In this document: in pieces, positions 48,492-58,961 of the stretch
Numbering within the stretch: position 1 is the first letter of the stretch
Layout of the letters: each line of letters begins with the position of its first letter
Assembly: GCA_963842085.1 (NCBI GenBank)
Contig: CAWJET010000002.1
Coordinates: 1,376,001-1,440,000 of the forward strand
Direction: 5' to 3'
Length of the DNA: 64,000 bases
DNA from: an uncultured delta proteobacterium
GTDB taxonomy: Bacteria; Desulfobacterota; Binatia; Binatales; Binataceae
The notes under the pieces: model-generated
The model's input: the letters and a program-made list of their open reading frames with translations, nothing else
Databases searched by the model: none
What the model was told of the DNA's origin: nothing
Translations under genes and position numbers: made by a program

Positions 48492-49736
48492 ATGGAATCG
48501 TGGTTCAACAAGGCAAGATTCGGGATGTTCATCCATTGGGGACATTGCAGCCAGCGCGGGCTCGAGCTGTCGTGGCCGCTGGTCGGGGGCGTCGGCGCGT
48601 TGCCGAACTCGCAAAGCGTCACGGTGGATGAATATCACTCGACTGCGGCGACGTTTAATCCAACCAAGTGGGATGCCCGCGCTCTCGCTGTAATGGCTAA
48701 ACGCGCCGGTATGCAGTACGCCGTCCTGACTAGTAAGCATCACGATGGCTACTCGATGTTTCATACGAAACATTCTGACTATTCGATTGAGTATTCGCCA
48801 TTTAAGCGCGATATAGTCCGTGAATATACAGATGCGTTCCGCGCCCAAGGCCTCAAGGTCGGACTGTACTACTCACTTATCGATTGGCATCATCCTGACT
48901 ACCCGGGGTTTGTCGAGTCCGACAAGCCCTACAAGTGGGGCAACTGGCGCCGTTCGACACCTGAACGGTGGAATCGGTTCATCGAGTTCATGTTCGCCCA
49001 GATGCGCGAGCTGCTGACCAACTACGGCAAAATCGATCTGCTCTGGTTCGACGGCGGATGGGAACACACACCCGAGGAATGGAAGTCGCGCGAGTTCGTC
49101 GAAATGATCCACACCCTCCAGCCCGAGGTCGTCATGAATGACCGCATCCCGGGTTACGGCGATTATCAAACGCCCGAGCAGGCGGTGCCGCCCAAGCCGC
49201 CCGAAGGACCGTGGGAAACTTGCCTGACGATTAACAACAGCTGGGGTTACAATCCATCCGACAAGGATTTCAAATCGACGCGCTCCCTGATCCATACGCT
49301 GTGCGAAGTGGCCGGCAAGGGCGGAAACCTGTTGCTCAACGTAAGCCCGATGGGCGATGGTGCGCTTCCGCCCGAACATGTCGAGCGGCTCGAAGCGATC
49401 GGCGCATGGATGGACCGCAACAACGAGGCGATCGTCGGCACCGACCCCGGCCTCGAGCCGTGGCAGTTTTACGGACCGTCAACCCGCCGCGGCAATCGCA
49501 TATACCTGCACGTGCTGATGAAGCCGTACGAGTCCGTCTCGGTCCGCGGCGTGAGGGTGAAACACGTCGGCGACGTGCGTCCGCTGGCAAGTACGATCTC
49601 GCTCAAGGTCCGCAAGCGAATCGCCGCCGCCGATACTCTGTTCAACCACGATCCGATTGGTGAACTGGTGATTGCAACCCCCGACAGCGCGCTCGATTCG
49701 ATGGCGACGATCATCGCGATCGACTTCCAGCGCTAG
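48492..49736 (+). CDS. alpha-L-fucosidase (GH29)
   Basis: FGMFIHWG, TSKHHDG, GLYYSLIDW, LLWFDG, WETCLT, GNLLLNV. Confidence 0.95.
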   Translation: MESWFNKARFGMFIHWGHCSQRGLELSWPLVGGVGALPNSQSVTVDEYHSTAATFNPTKWDARALAVMAKRAGMQYAVLTSKHHDGYSMFHTKHSDYSIEYSPFKRDIVREYTDAFRAQGLKVGLYYSLIDWHHPDYPGFVESDKPYKWGNWRRSTPERWNRFIEFMFAQMRELLTNYGKIDLLWFDGGWEHTPEEWKSREFVEMIHTLQPEVVMNDRIPGYGDYQTPEQAVPPKPPEGPWETCLTINNSWGYNPSDKDFKSTRSLIHTLCEVAGKGGNLLLNVSPMGDGALPPEHVERLEAIGAWMDRNNEAIVGTDPGLEPWQFYGPSTRRGNRIYLHVLMKPYESVSVRGVRVKHVGDVRPLASTISLKVRKRIAAADTLFNHDPIGELVIATPDSALDSMATIIAIDFQR

Positions 49737-49747
49737 CCGAACCATAC

Positions 49748-51196
49748 TCATGGGCGGATGCCGAAAGTCCAGTCGTATTGCTTTCCGTTTGCGGTCATCG
49801 ACACCGCGTACTTCGCGCCTTTGTCGAGCGGCGCGCGCGGAATCACGACGACCGTGCCGTAAGACTTCAGGACGTTGCGCCCCAGCTCTTGTGAGTATGC
49901 ATCGGGATTCGAGTAGCTAGTCGAATCGATACTGCATCCTTCGACTGCGGTGCGGCTGCCGTCTGCATTTTCGCGAGCGAGTGAGTATTCGCCGAGATGA
50001 GTATCCATCCAGTTGCCGAGTTGAAGTGTAATAGCCAGTCCACTCGGCGGCTCGTAACCGGGGCAGCTCGTCAGCGGATTGGGCCATTCGTTTTCGAACG
50101 ATCTTATCGCGACGATTGCGCCGTCAGGAGGAAACTCGATCGGCAGGCTACCTGCCGCGCCCGCCGGCATTTTCCCCTGCGAGCCCTGCAACAGGTTGAG
50201 TCCCGCGGCGCACGCTCCCGCTTCGCAATAGATCCCGAAGCCGGCGCTTGTCAGTCGCGGATTGAGTATCGGCATACGATGGAACGGCAGCGCCATCCAT
50301 CCGTCGATCGACCATTGCGGCGAGCCCCAGCCGTCGGAGTCCGTGGTGGCGTTTGGGTTGCTGGATACGCCGCGCATGGACCACACATCCATGTCGCTGG
50401 ACTTGGCCGCTTCGAGTCCCTCGGGAGTGAAGCCCGGACTCCCCGGGTCCTCGGTATGCATTTCGGCGCCGAGGCCGTCGCGTTCGATCGAATCATGGTA
50501 GTTCTTGACAATGTAGATGGTGTGAGCGCGATCGCCTTTGCTTAGCGCCGGATCTTCTACTATCGGCGGCAGCTTAACCATCGCGCGGTAGTAGTTGACC
50601 CGCCTCAGCCATTCGGGCCCGGTCGTTGAAGGAATCGCCGCCGACGCTGGCGCCGAGCCTTCGGTTGCTTCCGCGTTAGCCGATGCCGAGTGAGTATTGC
50701 TCGCTGAAGGGGCTGAGCCGGACATGCGTGACGAAATCGATGCAACGATCGCCGACGCAGCGGGTCCGATCTCGTTTTGATAATGAGCTGCCACGAATCC
50801 CGCGATAAACATCAGGGTCAGGATCGCCAGCCCTCGCACCATCCGTTTCCGCACCGACGCCGGATCGAAAGCAACACGCACAGAGCCGAATTTGATCTCG
50901 TCGCCGCGCTTCAACGCGATCGGTTTGCGCACCTGACTACCGTTGACGAACGTGCCGTTGGTCGAGCCGAGGTCCGCCAGCTCGAAGCCGTCCGCCTTGC
51001 GCGTGATCGTCGCGTGACGACGCGACACAGTCGTGTCGTCGAGCACAATATCGTTAGACGGATGGCTGCCAATGGCTACTGTCGGCTGGTCGAGTGAGTA
51101 TTCACGCCTGGGGGAAGTGGCTATTGAGACGAGACGGATGCGCCCGCCCCCGTTCTCGGCCTTACTGTAGTCTGCGGCGCCCTGCTCCGGCGGCAT
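49748..51196 (-). CDS. FHA-TM-CAP(SCP) domain protein
   Basis: FHA (VSRRHA...DLGSTNGTFVNG), TM, CAP (VNYYRAMVKL...H..WMALPFHR..ILNP). Confidence 0.85.
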   Translation of the reverse strand: MPPEQGAADYSKAENGGGRIRLVSIATSPRREYSLDQPTVAIGSHPSNDIVLDDTTVSRRHATITRKADGFELADLGSTNGTFVNGSQVRKPIALKRGDEIKFGSVRVAFDPASVRKRMVRGLAILTLMFIAGFVAAHYQNEIGPAASAIVASISSRMSGSAPSASNTHSASANAEATEGSAPASAAIPSTTGPEWLRRVNYYRAMVKLPPIVEDPALSKGDRAHTIYIVKNYHDSIERDGLGAEMHTEDPGSPGFTPEGLEAAKSSDMDVWSMRGVSSNPNATTDSDGWGSPQWSIDGWMALPFHRMPILNPRLTSAGFGIYCEAGACAAGLNLLQGSQGKMPAGAAGSLPIEFPPDGAIVAIRSFENEWPNPLTSCPGYEPPSGLAITLQLGNWMDTHLGEYSLARENADGSRTAVEGCSIDSTSYSNPDAYSQELGRNVLKSYGTVVVIPRAPLDKGAKYAVSMTANGKQYDWTFGIRP

Positions 51197-51204
51197 CGAT
51201 CGCC

Positions 51205-52248
51205 CTAGCCGAGGTTCCAGAAGCGGCCGACGTTTTGCGCCGCCCGCTCGATCATCGGCATCACCCGGTCGCCACCGTTATCCGGGCGAATCGGCTCGTC
51301 GGCGTCGCGTCCGAGCTCGTCGATCACCGCGCGTCCCGACTCCGCGATTGCTTCGAGGTCGTAGCCGCCCTCGAGCACCGCGACTATCTTTCCGTCGCAG
51401 CATTCCGCGGCGAGCCGCTTCACTCGCCGCGCCATCGCTGCAAATCCCGCCTCAGTCAAGCGCATCTGCGCGAGCGGATCGCGGAAGTGCCCGTCGAAGC
51501 CGGACGACACCAGGATAAACTCGGGTTTGAAGTGCCGCCCAATCGGCATGATGAGGCGATCGAACACCCGGATATACTCGGCGTCGCCGAATTCCGCCGG
51601 CATCGGCAGATTGACATTGAACCCCACTCCCGCGCCGTAACCGATCTCGTGGAGCGAGCCGGTGCCAGGGTAATGCGGAAACTGATGCGTGGATACGTAC
51701 AACACTTCGGACGATTCGTAATATATGTCCTGCAAGCCGTTGCCATGATGGACGTCCCAATCGACTATCATCACCCGCTTGAGGCCGCACGATTCGATTA
51801 GCCACTTCGCCGCGATTGCAACATTGTTGAAGAAGCAGAATCCCATCGCGCGATTAGGCAGTGCGTGATGCCCCGGCGGCCGTACAATCGCAAATCCATT
51901 ATCTATTGCCCCGTCCATCACGGCCTCGACCGCCGTCAGGACGCCGCCGGCCGCAAGCAGTGCCGTCTCATACGTATCGCGCGAGCTGTGCGTATCCGGA
52001 TCGAAGTCATACCGATCGAGCGACGCCGTCCGCGCCACCGTCGCGATATACTCGGGCTGATGACAGCCCGCGATTTCCTCGTAGGTCGCTTCGCGCGGCG
52101 CCATGAATCTCAGGTCCGGCCGCGTGAGCGACTCCGCCATCTCGATCATGACCTCGGCGCGCTCGGGACGCTCAGGATGCGATCGGCCGGCGAAGTGCTT
52201 GAGATAGCGGCGGTCCGCGACGACCCCGGTTTTAAGCATCGTTGACAC
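51205..52248 (-). CDS. histone deacetylase family protein
   Basis: HPERPER, RPPGHHA, GFCFFNN, DWDVHHGNG, GFDGH..DPL, LEGGY. Confidence 0.95.
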   Translation of the reverse strand: MSTMLKTGVVADRRYLKHFAGRSHPERPERAEVMIEMAESLTRPDLRFMAPREATYEEIAGCHQPEYIATVARTASLDRYDFDPDTHSSRDTYETALLAAGGVLTAVEAVMDGAIDNGFAIVRPPGHHALPNRAMGFCFFNNVAIAAKWLIESCGLKRVMIVDWDVHHGNGLQDIYYESSEVLYVSTHQFPHYPGTGSLHEIGYGAGVGFNVNLPMPAEFGDAEYIRVFDRLIMPIGRHFKPEFILVSSGFDGHFRDPLAQMRLTEAGFAAMARRVKRLAAECCDGKIVAVLEGGYDLEAIAESGRAVIDELGRDADEPIRPDNGGDRVMPMIERAAQNVGRFWNLG

Positions 52249-52312
52249 CCCAGTCGGGTATGATGATTAACTGGCATAGAGCGAGCAAAGTTGCCGGGAC
52301 GGTCATCGAAGT

Positions 52313-52576
52313 TTGGACCTTTTTGAAATAGCTCTGATCCTCGCGATCGCGCTGATCGTCATCGGCCCCGAGCGCCTGCCCGAGGTCATGCGCACGGTCG
52401 GAAAAATCTTGCGCGAGCTGCGCCTGGCGAGCAATACCGTCCTCCACGAACTGACCGATGTGCTCGACGAGCCGCCGCCCACAGTGGCGTCGCCTGCCCA
52501 AGTGCCGCCGCCCGCGCCCACGTCCGAACCGCCGGGCGTCCAGCCGCCCGCGTCGGTGTCGACCGAGAACAAATAG
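52313..52576 (+). CDS. tatB: Tat translocase TatB (TatA/B family)
   Basis: EIALILAIALIVIGPERLPEVMR; upstream of tatC. Confidence 0.8.
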   Translation: MDLFEIALILAIALIVIGPERLPEVMRTVGKILRELRLASNTVLHELTDVLDEPPPTVASPAQVPPPAPTSEPPGVQPPASVSTENK

Positions 52577-52592
52577 CCGGTCATCCCGCATC

Positions 52593-53408
52593 GTGCCTAG
52601 CGAGGATATCACACCGCCAGCGCCCATCGAGGCGACGCCGGAGCAGGCGCGGATGTCGCTCATCGAGCATCTGCAGGAACTCCGCAGCCGCCTGATTCGC
52701 GCCATCATCGCCATCGGCATCGGCTTCATCCTGGCGTACATGATCGCCGATCCGCTCTTTCGCATGCTCACCTGGCCGATTCGCGAGGTCTCCGGCGGCA
52801 AGGTTCTGCTGATCGGCACGGGCGTGGGCGAGGCGTTCTTCACCAAGATCAAGGTTGCGCTGATCGCGGGCCTGTTCCTCGCCAGCCCCGCAGTATTTTA
52901 CGAAATCTGGAAATTCATCGCGCCGGGTTTGTACGAAACCGAACGCCGGATGGCCAAGCCGTTCGTCTTCTTTGCGACGCTCTTTTTCGTGCTCGGCGGA
53001 TATTTCTGCTGGGCCGTCGTTTTCAGAGTCGGCTACGCGTTCTTCCTCGCGCAATACGCGAGCATCGGGGTCACACCGACGATTCGGATCAGCGAGTATC
53101 TCGCATTCTCGGCCAAGCTGTTGCTCGCGTTCGCGCTCACGTTCGAGATGCCGATTTTCGCGTTCTTCTTCACCAAGCTCGGCATGATCGACTACAAGAT
53201 GATGTTCAGTTACTGGCGGTACGCGATCCTGGCTATCTTCATCGTCTCAGCCGCGCTGACTCCGCCCGACATGGTCTCGCAGTTCCTGCTGGCGATTCCA
53301 CTGCTGCTGCTGTACGTGATCAGCGTCGGTGTCGCCTGGATGTTTCGTCTCAAGCCCGCGGAAAAACCGGCGGCCACAACAGAACCCCAACAACCCGAGA
53401 CTGTCTGA
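52593..53408 (+). CDS. tatC: Tat translocase TatC
   Basis: MSLIEHLQELRSRL, WKFIAPGLY, FEMP, LTPPD; exact start uncertain. Confidence 0.95.
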   Translation: MPSEDITPPAPIEATPEQARMSLIEHLQELRSRLIRAIIAIGIGFILAYMIADPLFRMLTWPIREVSGGKVLLIGTGVGEAFFTKIKVALIAGLFLASPAVFYEIWKFIAPGLYETERRMAKPFVFFATLFFVLGGYFCWAVVFRVGYAFFLAQYASIGVTPTIRISEYLAFSAKLLLAFALTFEMPIFAFFFTKLGMIDYKMMFSYWRYAILAIFIVSAALTPPDMVSQFLLAIPLLLLYVISVGVAWMFRLKPAEKPAATTEPQQPETV

Positions 53409-53435
53409 GCCTCCAGTGAATCCAGCAGAGGTCCC

Positions 53436-55835
53436 ATGGCAAGAATTCTGACATCTCCGGTCGCCACCGGCGCACCCGGCATCCCGCCGCGATGGACCCG
53501 CAGCGCCAAGGACGCGGTCTGCACCGCCTACTCCTCCGTGAGCCGCCTGTGGTTCACCACTTCGGTCGGCGTCCTCAACGAGATTTATTTCCCCACCATC
53601 GATCAGCCCCAGGTCCGCGACCTCCAGTTCCTTATCACCGACGGCGAGACCTTCTTCCACGAGGAACGCCGCCATCTCCATTCCACCACCGAGTACATCG
53701 CCAAAACAGGCCTCGGCGTGCGAATTGTCAGCCACTCGCCCGACGGCCGTTACCGCCTCTGCAAGGAGGTCATTACCGATCCCCATCAGCCGACCCTGCT
53801 AATCAACACCCGCCTGGAGGGTGACACCGAGTTGCTGAAGAAACTGCACCTGTATGTTCTGCTCGCGCCGCATCTGTGCGTCGGCGGATGGGGTAACAGC
53901 GGCTACCTGACCAAGATCGTCGGCCACGAGTTCCTGACCGCGAACAAGAACGGCGTCTGGCTGGCGCTTGGAACCCGCGCGCCGTTTCTCCGGACTTCGT
54001 GCGGCTACGTCGGCAGCACCGACGGATGGCAGGACATCCGCTCCAACTTCAAGATGGATTACCAGTTCGCCGCCGCGCTCGACGGCAACATCGCGCTCAC
54101 CGCCGAGATCGATTTGCGCAAGGGCTACTCCTTCACCCTTGGCCTCGGCTTCGGCCGCGAGCTCAATCGCGCGGTGACCACCCTGTATCAGTCGCTCGCC
54201 GATCCTTTCCCCGAGCATCGCGACCGCTTCATCGAGCAATGGGAACGCGCGTGCCGTCATTTCGCTCCGCTCGACAAATTTTCCGGCGACGGCGGCGCGC
54301 TGTATCGCCGCAGCTGCGAGTTGCTGCTCGCCCACGAAGACAAAAGCTATCCGGGCGCGCTCATCGCTTCGCTCAGCATCCCGTGGGGCGAAGCCAAGAG
54401 CGACGACGACCTTGGCGGCTACCACCTGGTATGGACCCGCGACATGGTCAACAGCGTGACGGGCCTGGCCGCCACCGGCGATCTCAGCACCGCGCTGCGC
54501 GGCCTTATCTACCTCACCTGCGCGCAACGTCCCGACGGCGGCTTTCCGCAGAACTTCTGGATCGACGGCCAGCCCTACTGGAACGGCATTCAGCTCGACG
54601 AAGTCTCGTTTCCAATCACCCTGGCGTGGCGGCTGCACAAGCAGCGCGCGCTCAAGGACTTCGATCCCTATGCTATGGTGCTGCTCGCGGCCCACTTCCT
54701 CATCGACATGGGATACGCCACGCCGCAGGAGCGCTGGGAGGAAAACGCCGGCTACTCGCCCTCGACGCTGGCCGCCAATATCGCCGGCCTGATCTGCGCG
54801 GCCTGCTTCGCGCGCGACCGCGGCGACCTGGTGACCGCGCAATTCCTCGAGGAGTACGCCGACTTCCTCGAGGCGCAGATCGAGACCTGGACCGTGACCC
54901 ACAATGGCTTCCTCGTCCCCGGCATCAAGCGCCACTATGTGCGCATCAATCCCATCGACATCGGCGATCCCGACGCTGACGAAAGCCTCGAAGGCAAGCT
55001 CGTGCCGATTCGCAATCGGCCGCCCGGCGCGCAGGGCGAGTTCCCGGTCGCCGAAATCGTGGACGGCGGATTTCTCGAGCTGGTGCGCTATGGCATCCGC
55101 AAGGCCGGCGATCCGCTGATGGAAGATTCGCTGCGCGTCATCGACGCCGTCCTCAAGACCGACTTCCCCGCCGGTCCTTGCTGGCGCCGCTACACGCACG
55201 ACGGCTACGGACAGCGCGACAACGGCGGTCCGTTCCTGGGATGGGGCCGCGGACGTCCGTGGCCGCTGCTCACCGGCGAGCGCGGGCATTACGAGCTTGC
55301 GGCGGGTCGCGACCCGATGCCCTATCTGAAAGCGATGGAACGGTTTGCGAATTCCACCCAGTTGCTGCCCGAACAAATCTGGGATCAGCCCGACATCCGG
55401 CGCGCGATGCTCAAGTATGGCGGCCAGACCGGCAGCGCGACGCCCCTGATGTGGGCGCATGCCGAGTACATCAAGCTGCTGCGCTCGGTCTCGGATGGCC
55501 GCGTGTTCGACACGATCGACGAAGTCCGCGACCGCTACATGGAGCCCGGGCGAAAGCCGAGCCGCCTCCGCGTCTGGAAATCCAACCGCCACGTCAAGTC
55601 GGTTTCACCCGGCGCCCGCCTGCGCATTCAGGCAACCGCGCCGTTCACGCTTCACTGGTCCAACGATGAATGGCAGCACGTCAGCGACACGGGGTCGATT
55701 TCAACGCCGATCGGCTTCGACTACGTCGACATCGACATCGGCGCCGGCGACAAGGCGCCGATTCGCTTCACTTTCAACTGGCGTGAGACCAACACCTGGG
55801 AAGGCCGCGACTACGCCGTCGCGATCGAGAACTAG
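53436..55835 (+). CDS. glucoamylase / glucodextranase (GH15)
   Basis: ASLSIPWG, GGYHLVWTRD, QLDE, QERWEE, LPEQIWD, PLMWAHAEY. Confidence 0.93.
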   Translation: MARILTSPVATGAPGIPPRWTRSAKDAVCTAYSSVSRLWFTTSVGVLNEIYFPTIDQPQVRDLQFLITDGETFFHEERRHLHSTTEYIAKTGLGVRIVSHSPDGRYRLCKEVITDPHQPTLLINTRLEGDTELLKKLHLYVLLAPHLCVGGWGNSGYLTKIVGHEFLTANKNGVWLALGTRAPFLRTSCGYVGSTDGWQDIRSNFKMDYQFAAALDGNIALTAEIDLRKGYSFTLGLGFGRELNRAVTTLYQSLADPFPEHRDRFIEQWERACRHFAPLDKFSGDGGALYRRSCELLLAHEDKSYPGALIASLSIPWGEAKSDDDLGGYHLVWTRDMVNSVTGLAATGDLSTALRGLIYLTCAQRPDGGFPQNFWIDGQPYWNGIQLDEVSFPITLAWRLHKQRALKDFDPYAMVLLAAHFLIDMGYATPQERWEENAGYSPSTLAANIAGLICAACFARDRGDLVTAQFLEEYADFLEAQIETWTVTHNGFLVPGIKRHYVRINPIDIGDPDADESLEGKLVPIRNRPPGAQGEFPVAEIVDGGFLELVRYGIRKAGDPLMEDSLRVIDAVLKTDFPAGPCWRRYTHDGYGQRDNGGPFLGWGRGRPWPLLTGERGHYELAAGRDPMPYLKAMERFANSTQLLPEQIWDQPDIRRAMLKYGGQTGSATPLMWAHAEYIKLLRSVSDGRVFDTIDEVRDRYMEPGRKPSRLRVWKSNRHVKSVSPGARLRIQATAPFTLHWSNDEWQHVSDTGSISTPIGFDYVDIDIGAGDKAPIRFTFNWRETNTWEGRDYAVAIEN

Positions 55836-56314
55836 GGAACCTCTGCACAGGTCGTCATACAGCGGCAGTTCGACATAGTAATGAGAGCTAAGAGCAGGAA
55901 CGGCAGCAGCGCGTTGGGGTTGATCGTTGCTGGGAAGCGATTAGGAGCATTGGGAGCTTCCGGGAATTGTGACACGGGCGAAATGTCGATGCAGAATAGT
56001 TCAACCGATTTTCCGACACGGTTCCAGATCGACATCGCGAAGCTCAGGAATTCGTGAGTACTCCACGGCCCCTTCAGAAAGCTCCGCAAGACTTCGATCC
56101 TGCAACCGCAGATGCGCCCCACGGTTGCGAGTTTCTCGCGCCGCTGGAGCGCTCGCTGTTATTGGAGCGTGGCGCGCTCGATTCTGACTATTCGCAGTGC
56201 GATAGCAACAGGCTGCCGAACGCCACCGTAAATCCGCGCTCCGATCGAGCTCGCCACCAACCGCCCAGCGTCTTCGCACAGAATCATTCGTTCCGACTCA
56301 GCTGTTACCGGCCA

Positions 56315-56425
56315 CTATTGTCGTGTCCCGCAAATAAATTTTGACCATAGCGCACCTCTCGTCCGCCGGATGCTGAGGAATTTCATTGTGCTACCAAAAC
56401 ATATTTGCGGGACAGCATACTCTAG
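56315..56425. mobile_element. MITE with IS630-type ends
   Basis: CTATTGTCGTGTCCCGCAAATA ... TATTTGCGGGACAGCATACTCTAG; ends resemble those of the IS630 at 57702-58856. Confidence 0.7.
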
Positions 56426-57701
56426 CAGGCTGCGGAAAAAGTCCGGTTAGTTATGAATTTGTCCACTCCGGGTAGTTGTTAGTGTTATTGAGCGAGCATC
56501 TAAGGGCCAGCGCAGTGGAGCGCCGACAGGTTCTGGTGTTCGCTTCAGGTGGCGATTGGCAAGAGGTTGCGCATCCTCACCAAGTTGTAGGCGGCGGCCG
56601 CGAAGGTAAACACCCAACCGACCCGGGCGGCACCCCGATGCCGGGTTTTGCGCAAGCCGCCGATGGTCTTCATCCAACCGAAGATCTCTTCCACCCGTTT
56701 GCGCTTGATCTGACTGATGGCGTAACCCGGATGGCGAGTTGTGCGGTGGTCGATGGCGCTGTGCACTTTGCGCGCGACGTGCGGAGTAACCTGATGCGCG
56801 CGCAACTCACGCACCAATTCCTTCTGATCGTAACCCTTATCGGCGCCCAGCGTGACTCGATGCTGGCCCGCGATCTGGGCCGCCATCGCGAGGGCCGCCT
56901 CGGGTTCGGCGCTGCCGCTGGCCTGAGTCAGCCGGGTGTTGACCACCAAGCCATGGCGATTGTCCATCTGCACGTGCCCGGCGTAACAGAGCTTGGCCTC
57001 TTTGCCCGACCCTTTGCGGGCCAGCCGTGCCTGGGGATCGGTGGTCGATTGGTGCGTGGCGTTGGTGCGTCGCTCACCATGGAAGTCCACGCTCGGGTTA
57101 CCGGGATCATCGGGCGGGGTTTGCTGGTCGTCTCCTTTGCGCTTGAAACTCTTGTGTCCGGCCCAGGCCTCGATCAGGGTGCCGTCGACGGTAAAATGCT
57201 CGTTGGAGAGCAGGTCTTGGGCACGCGCTTGCTCGAGCACTGCGTTGAAAAAGCCCTGCGCTACCTCGGCCACCAGCAAGCGCTCGCGGTTCTTGGTGAA
57301 GACGGTCACGTCCCATACTGGGTCGTCGATGTTGAGCCCCACAAACCAGCGAAACAGGAAGTTGTAATCGAGCTGCTCCATCAAAAGTCGCTCACTGCGC
57401 ACCGTGTAGAGCACCTGCAAGAGCAGCGCCCGCAGCAGCTTTTCGGGCGCGATCGACGGCCGCCCGCAGTTCGCGTAGACCGCGTCGAAGCGCCACGACG
57501 ACTCCTTAAGGGCGGCGTCCACCATTACCCGAATCGCTCGCAACGGATGATCCTTGGGTACTCGCCGCTCCGCCGATATGTAACTGAACATTCCGCTCTG
57601 CTGATGGTCCACCCCACGCATCACCGTCACCTCCTCCTACAACCTCTTCCTACTCCACTATATCCGATCGAGCGGAAAACTCCTCGTTTTTCCACAGCCT
57701 G
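56426..57701 (-). mobile_element. IS5-family insertion sequence with CTAG duplication
   Basis: IRs CAGGCTGCGGAAAAA / TTTTTCCACAGCCTG; CTAG at 56422-56425 and 57702-57705. Confidence 0.92.
56545..57630 (-). CDS. IS5-family transposase
   Basis: HPLRAIR, GRPSIAPEKLL, TVDGTLIEA, LGADKGYD, RKRVEEIFGW. Confidence 0.93.
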   Translation of the reverse strand: MTVMRGVDHQQSGMFSYISAERRVPKDHPLRAIRVMVDAALKESSWRFDAVYANCGRPSIAPEKLLRALLLQVLYTVRSERLLMEQLDYNFLFRWFVGLNIDDPVWDVTVFTKNRERLLVAEVAQGFFNAVLEQARAQDLLSNEHFTVDGTLIEAWAGHKSFKRKGDDQQTPPDDPGNPSVDFHGERRTNATHQSTTDPQARLARKGSGKEAKLCYAGHVQMDNRHGLVVNTRLTQASGSAEPEAALAMAAQIAGQHRVTLGADKGYDQKELVRELRAHQVTPHVARKVHSAIDHRTTRHPGYAISQIKRKRVEEIFGWMKTIGGLRKTRHRGAARVGWVFTFAAAAYNLVRMRNLLPIAT

Positions 57702-58856
57702 CTAGTATTATGTCCCATAAATAACTTTACATGAGCGAGCCCATCTGCTATGGTGGCGGTGGAGGTTGAAGGGATGGGCAGGCCAAATACAGCCTTGTTG
57801 ATTAGTCAGTCGGAGCGGTCGCAATTGCGCTCGATCGTGCGCTCGCGCAGCCTGCCGCATTCGTTGGTGCGGCGCGCACAGATCGTGCTGTTGTCCGCCG
57901 CTGGTGCCGCCAACAGAGAGGTCGCCAGGCACTGCGGGGTTAGTGCCCCGGTGGTGAGTCTGTGGCGCCAGCGCTATCAGCAACGCGGCATCGCCGGGCT
58001 GCACGCGGAACTTCGTCCGGGCCGCCCGCGCAGCCATAGCGACGAACAGGTAGCGGCCTTGCTGCGCAAGGTGCTGCACAGCAAGCCCGCCGCCGCCACC
58101 CACTGGAGCGTGCGTAGCGTGGCGGCGCATACTGGCATCTCCAAGAGCACTGTCGCGCGCTACTTCGCGCTGTTCGGCCTGCAACCGCATCGGAGCAAGA
58201 GCTTTAAGCTGTCCACCGACCCGTTCTTCGTCGAAAAGGTCCGCGCCATCGTTGGTCTTTATCTTAATCCGCCGGACAACGCGCTGGTGTTGTGCGTGGA
58301 CGAGAAAAGCCAGGTGCAGGCCTTGGAGCGCACCCAGCCGGTGCTGCCGATGGGGCTCGGTTATGTCGAGGGGGTAACTCACGATTACTTTCGCCACGGC
58401 ACTACCACGCTGTTTGCGGCGCTGGACATCGTCGACGGCGCGGTCATCTCCCAGTGCAAGCCGCGTCATCGCCACCAGGAATTCCTGAGCTTTTTGAAAC
58501 ATCTCGATGCAAACATCCCGGCCGAGCTTGAACTGCACCTGATCGCCGACAACTACGCGACTCACAAGCATCCCAAGGTCAAAGCGTGGCTCGCCAGCCA
58601 TTCGCGCTTTCACCTTCACTTCACCCCCACCTACTCAAGCTGGCTCAACCAAGTCGAGCGCTGGTTCGCGCTTATCACCCAGCAAGCGATCCGCCGCGGC
58701 TCGTTCCGCACCGTCCGCGAACTGGTGGGGAAGATCGACGCCTACGTGGCTCATTACAACACCTACAAGCGGCCCTTCGTCTGGACTGCCACCGCTGACT
58801 CGATATTCGACAAACTCCAGCGCATCTGTAAACTTATTAATGGGACACGACACTAG
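57702..58856 (+). mobile_element. IS630-family insertion sequence
   Basis: IRs CTAGTATTATGTCCCATAAATAA / (rc) CTAGTGTCGTGTCCCATTAATAA. Confidence 0.92.
57750..58856 (+). CDS. IS630-family transposase
   Basis: CVDEKSQ, RHGTTTLFAAL, IADNYATHK, SSWLNQVERWF; stop codon lies in the terminal CTAG. Confidence 0.95.
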   Translation: MVAVEVEGMGRPNTALLISQSERSQLRSIVRSRSLPHSLVRRAQIVLLSAAGAANREVARHCGVSAPVVSLWRQRYQQRGIAGLHAELRPGRPRSHSDEQVAALLRKVLHSKPAAATHWSVRSVAAHTGISKSTVARYFALFGLQPHRSKSFKLSTDPFFVEKVRAIVGLYLNPPDNALVLCVDEKSQVQALERTQPVLPMGLGYVEGVTHDYFRHGTTTLFAALDIVDGAVISQCKPRHRHQEFLSFLKHLDANIPAELELHLIADNYATHKHPKVKAWLASHSRFHLHFTPTYSSWLNQVERWFALITQQAIRRGSFRTVRELVGKIDAYVAHYNTYKRPFVWTATADSIFDKLQRICKLINGTRH

Positions 58857-58961
58857 TATCCTGTCCCATAAATAACTTTACTTATACCGACGATTTTCTG
58901 AAGCAGTTTCGCGGACAGATGGCGCCGACAACATAAAATTATTTGCGGGACGGGATACTAG
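58853..58961. mobile_element. MITE with IS630-type ends
   Basis: CTAGTATCCTGTCCCATAAATAACTTTAC ... TTATTTGCGGGACGGGATACTAG; left end nearly identical to the IS630 left end. Confidence 0.8.
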
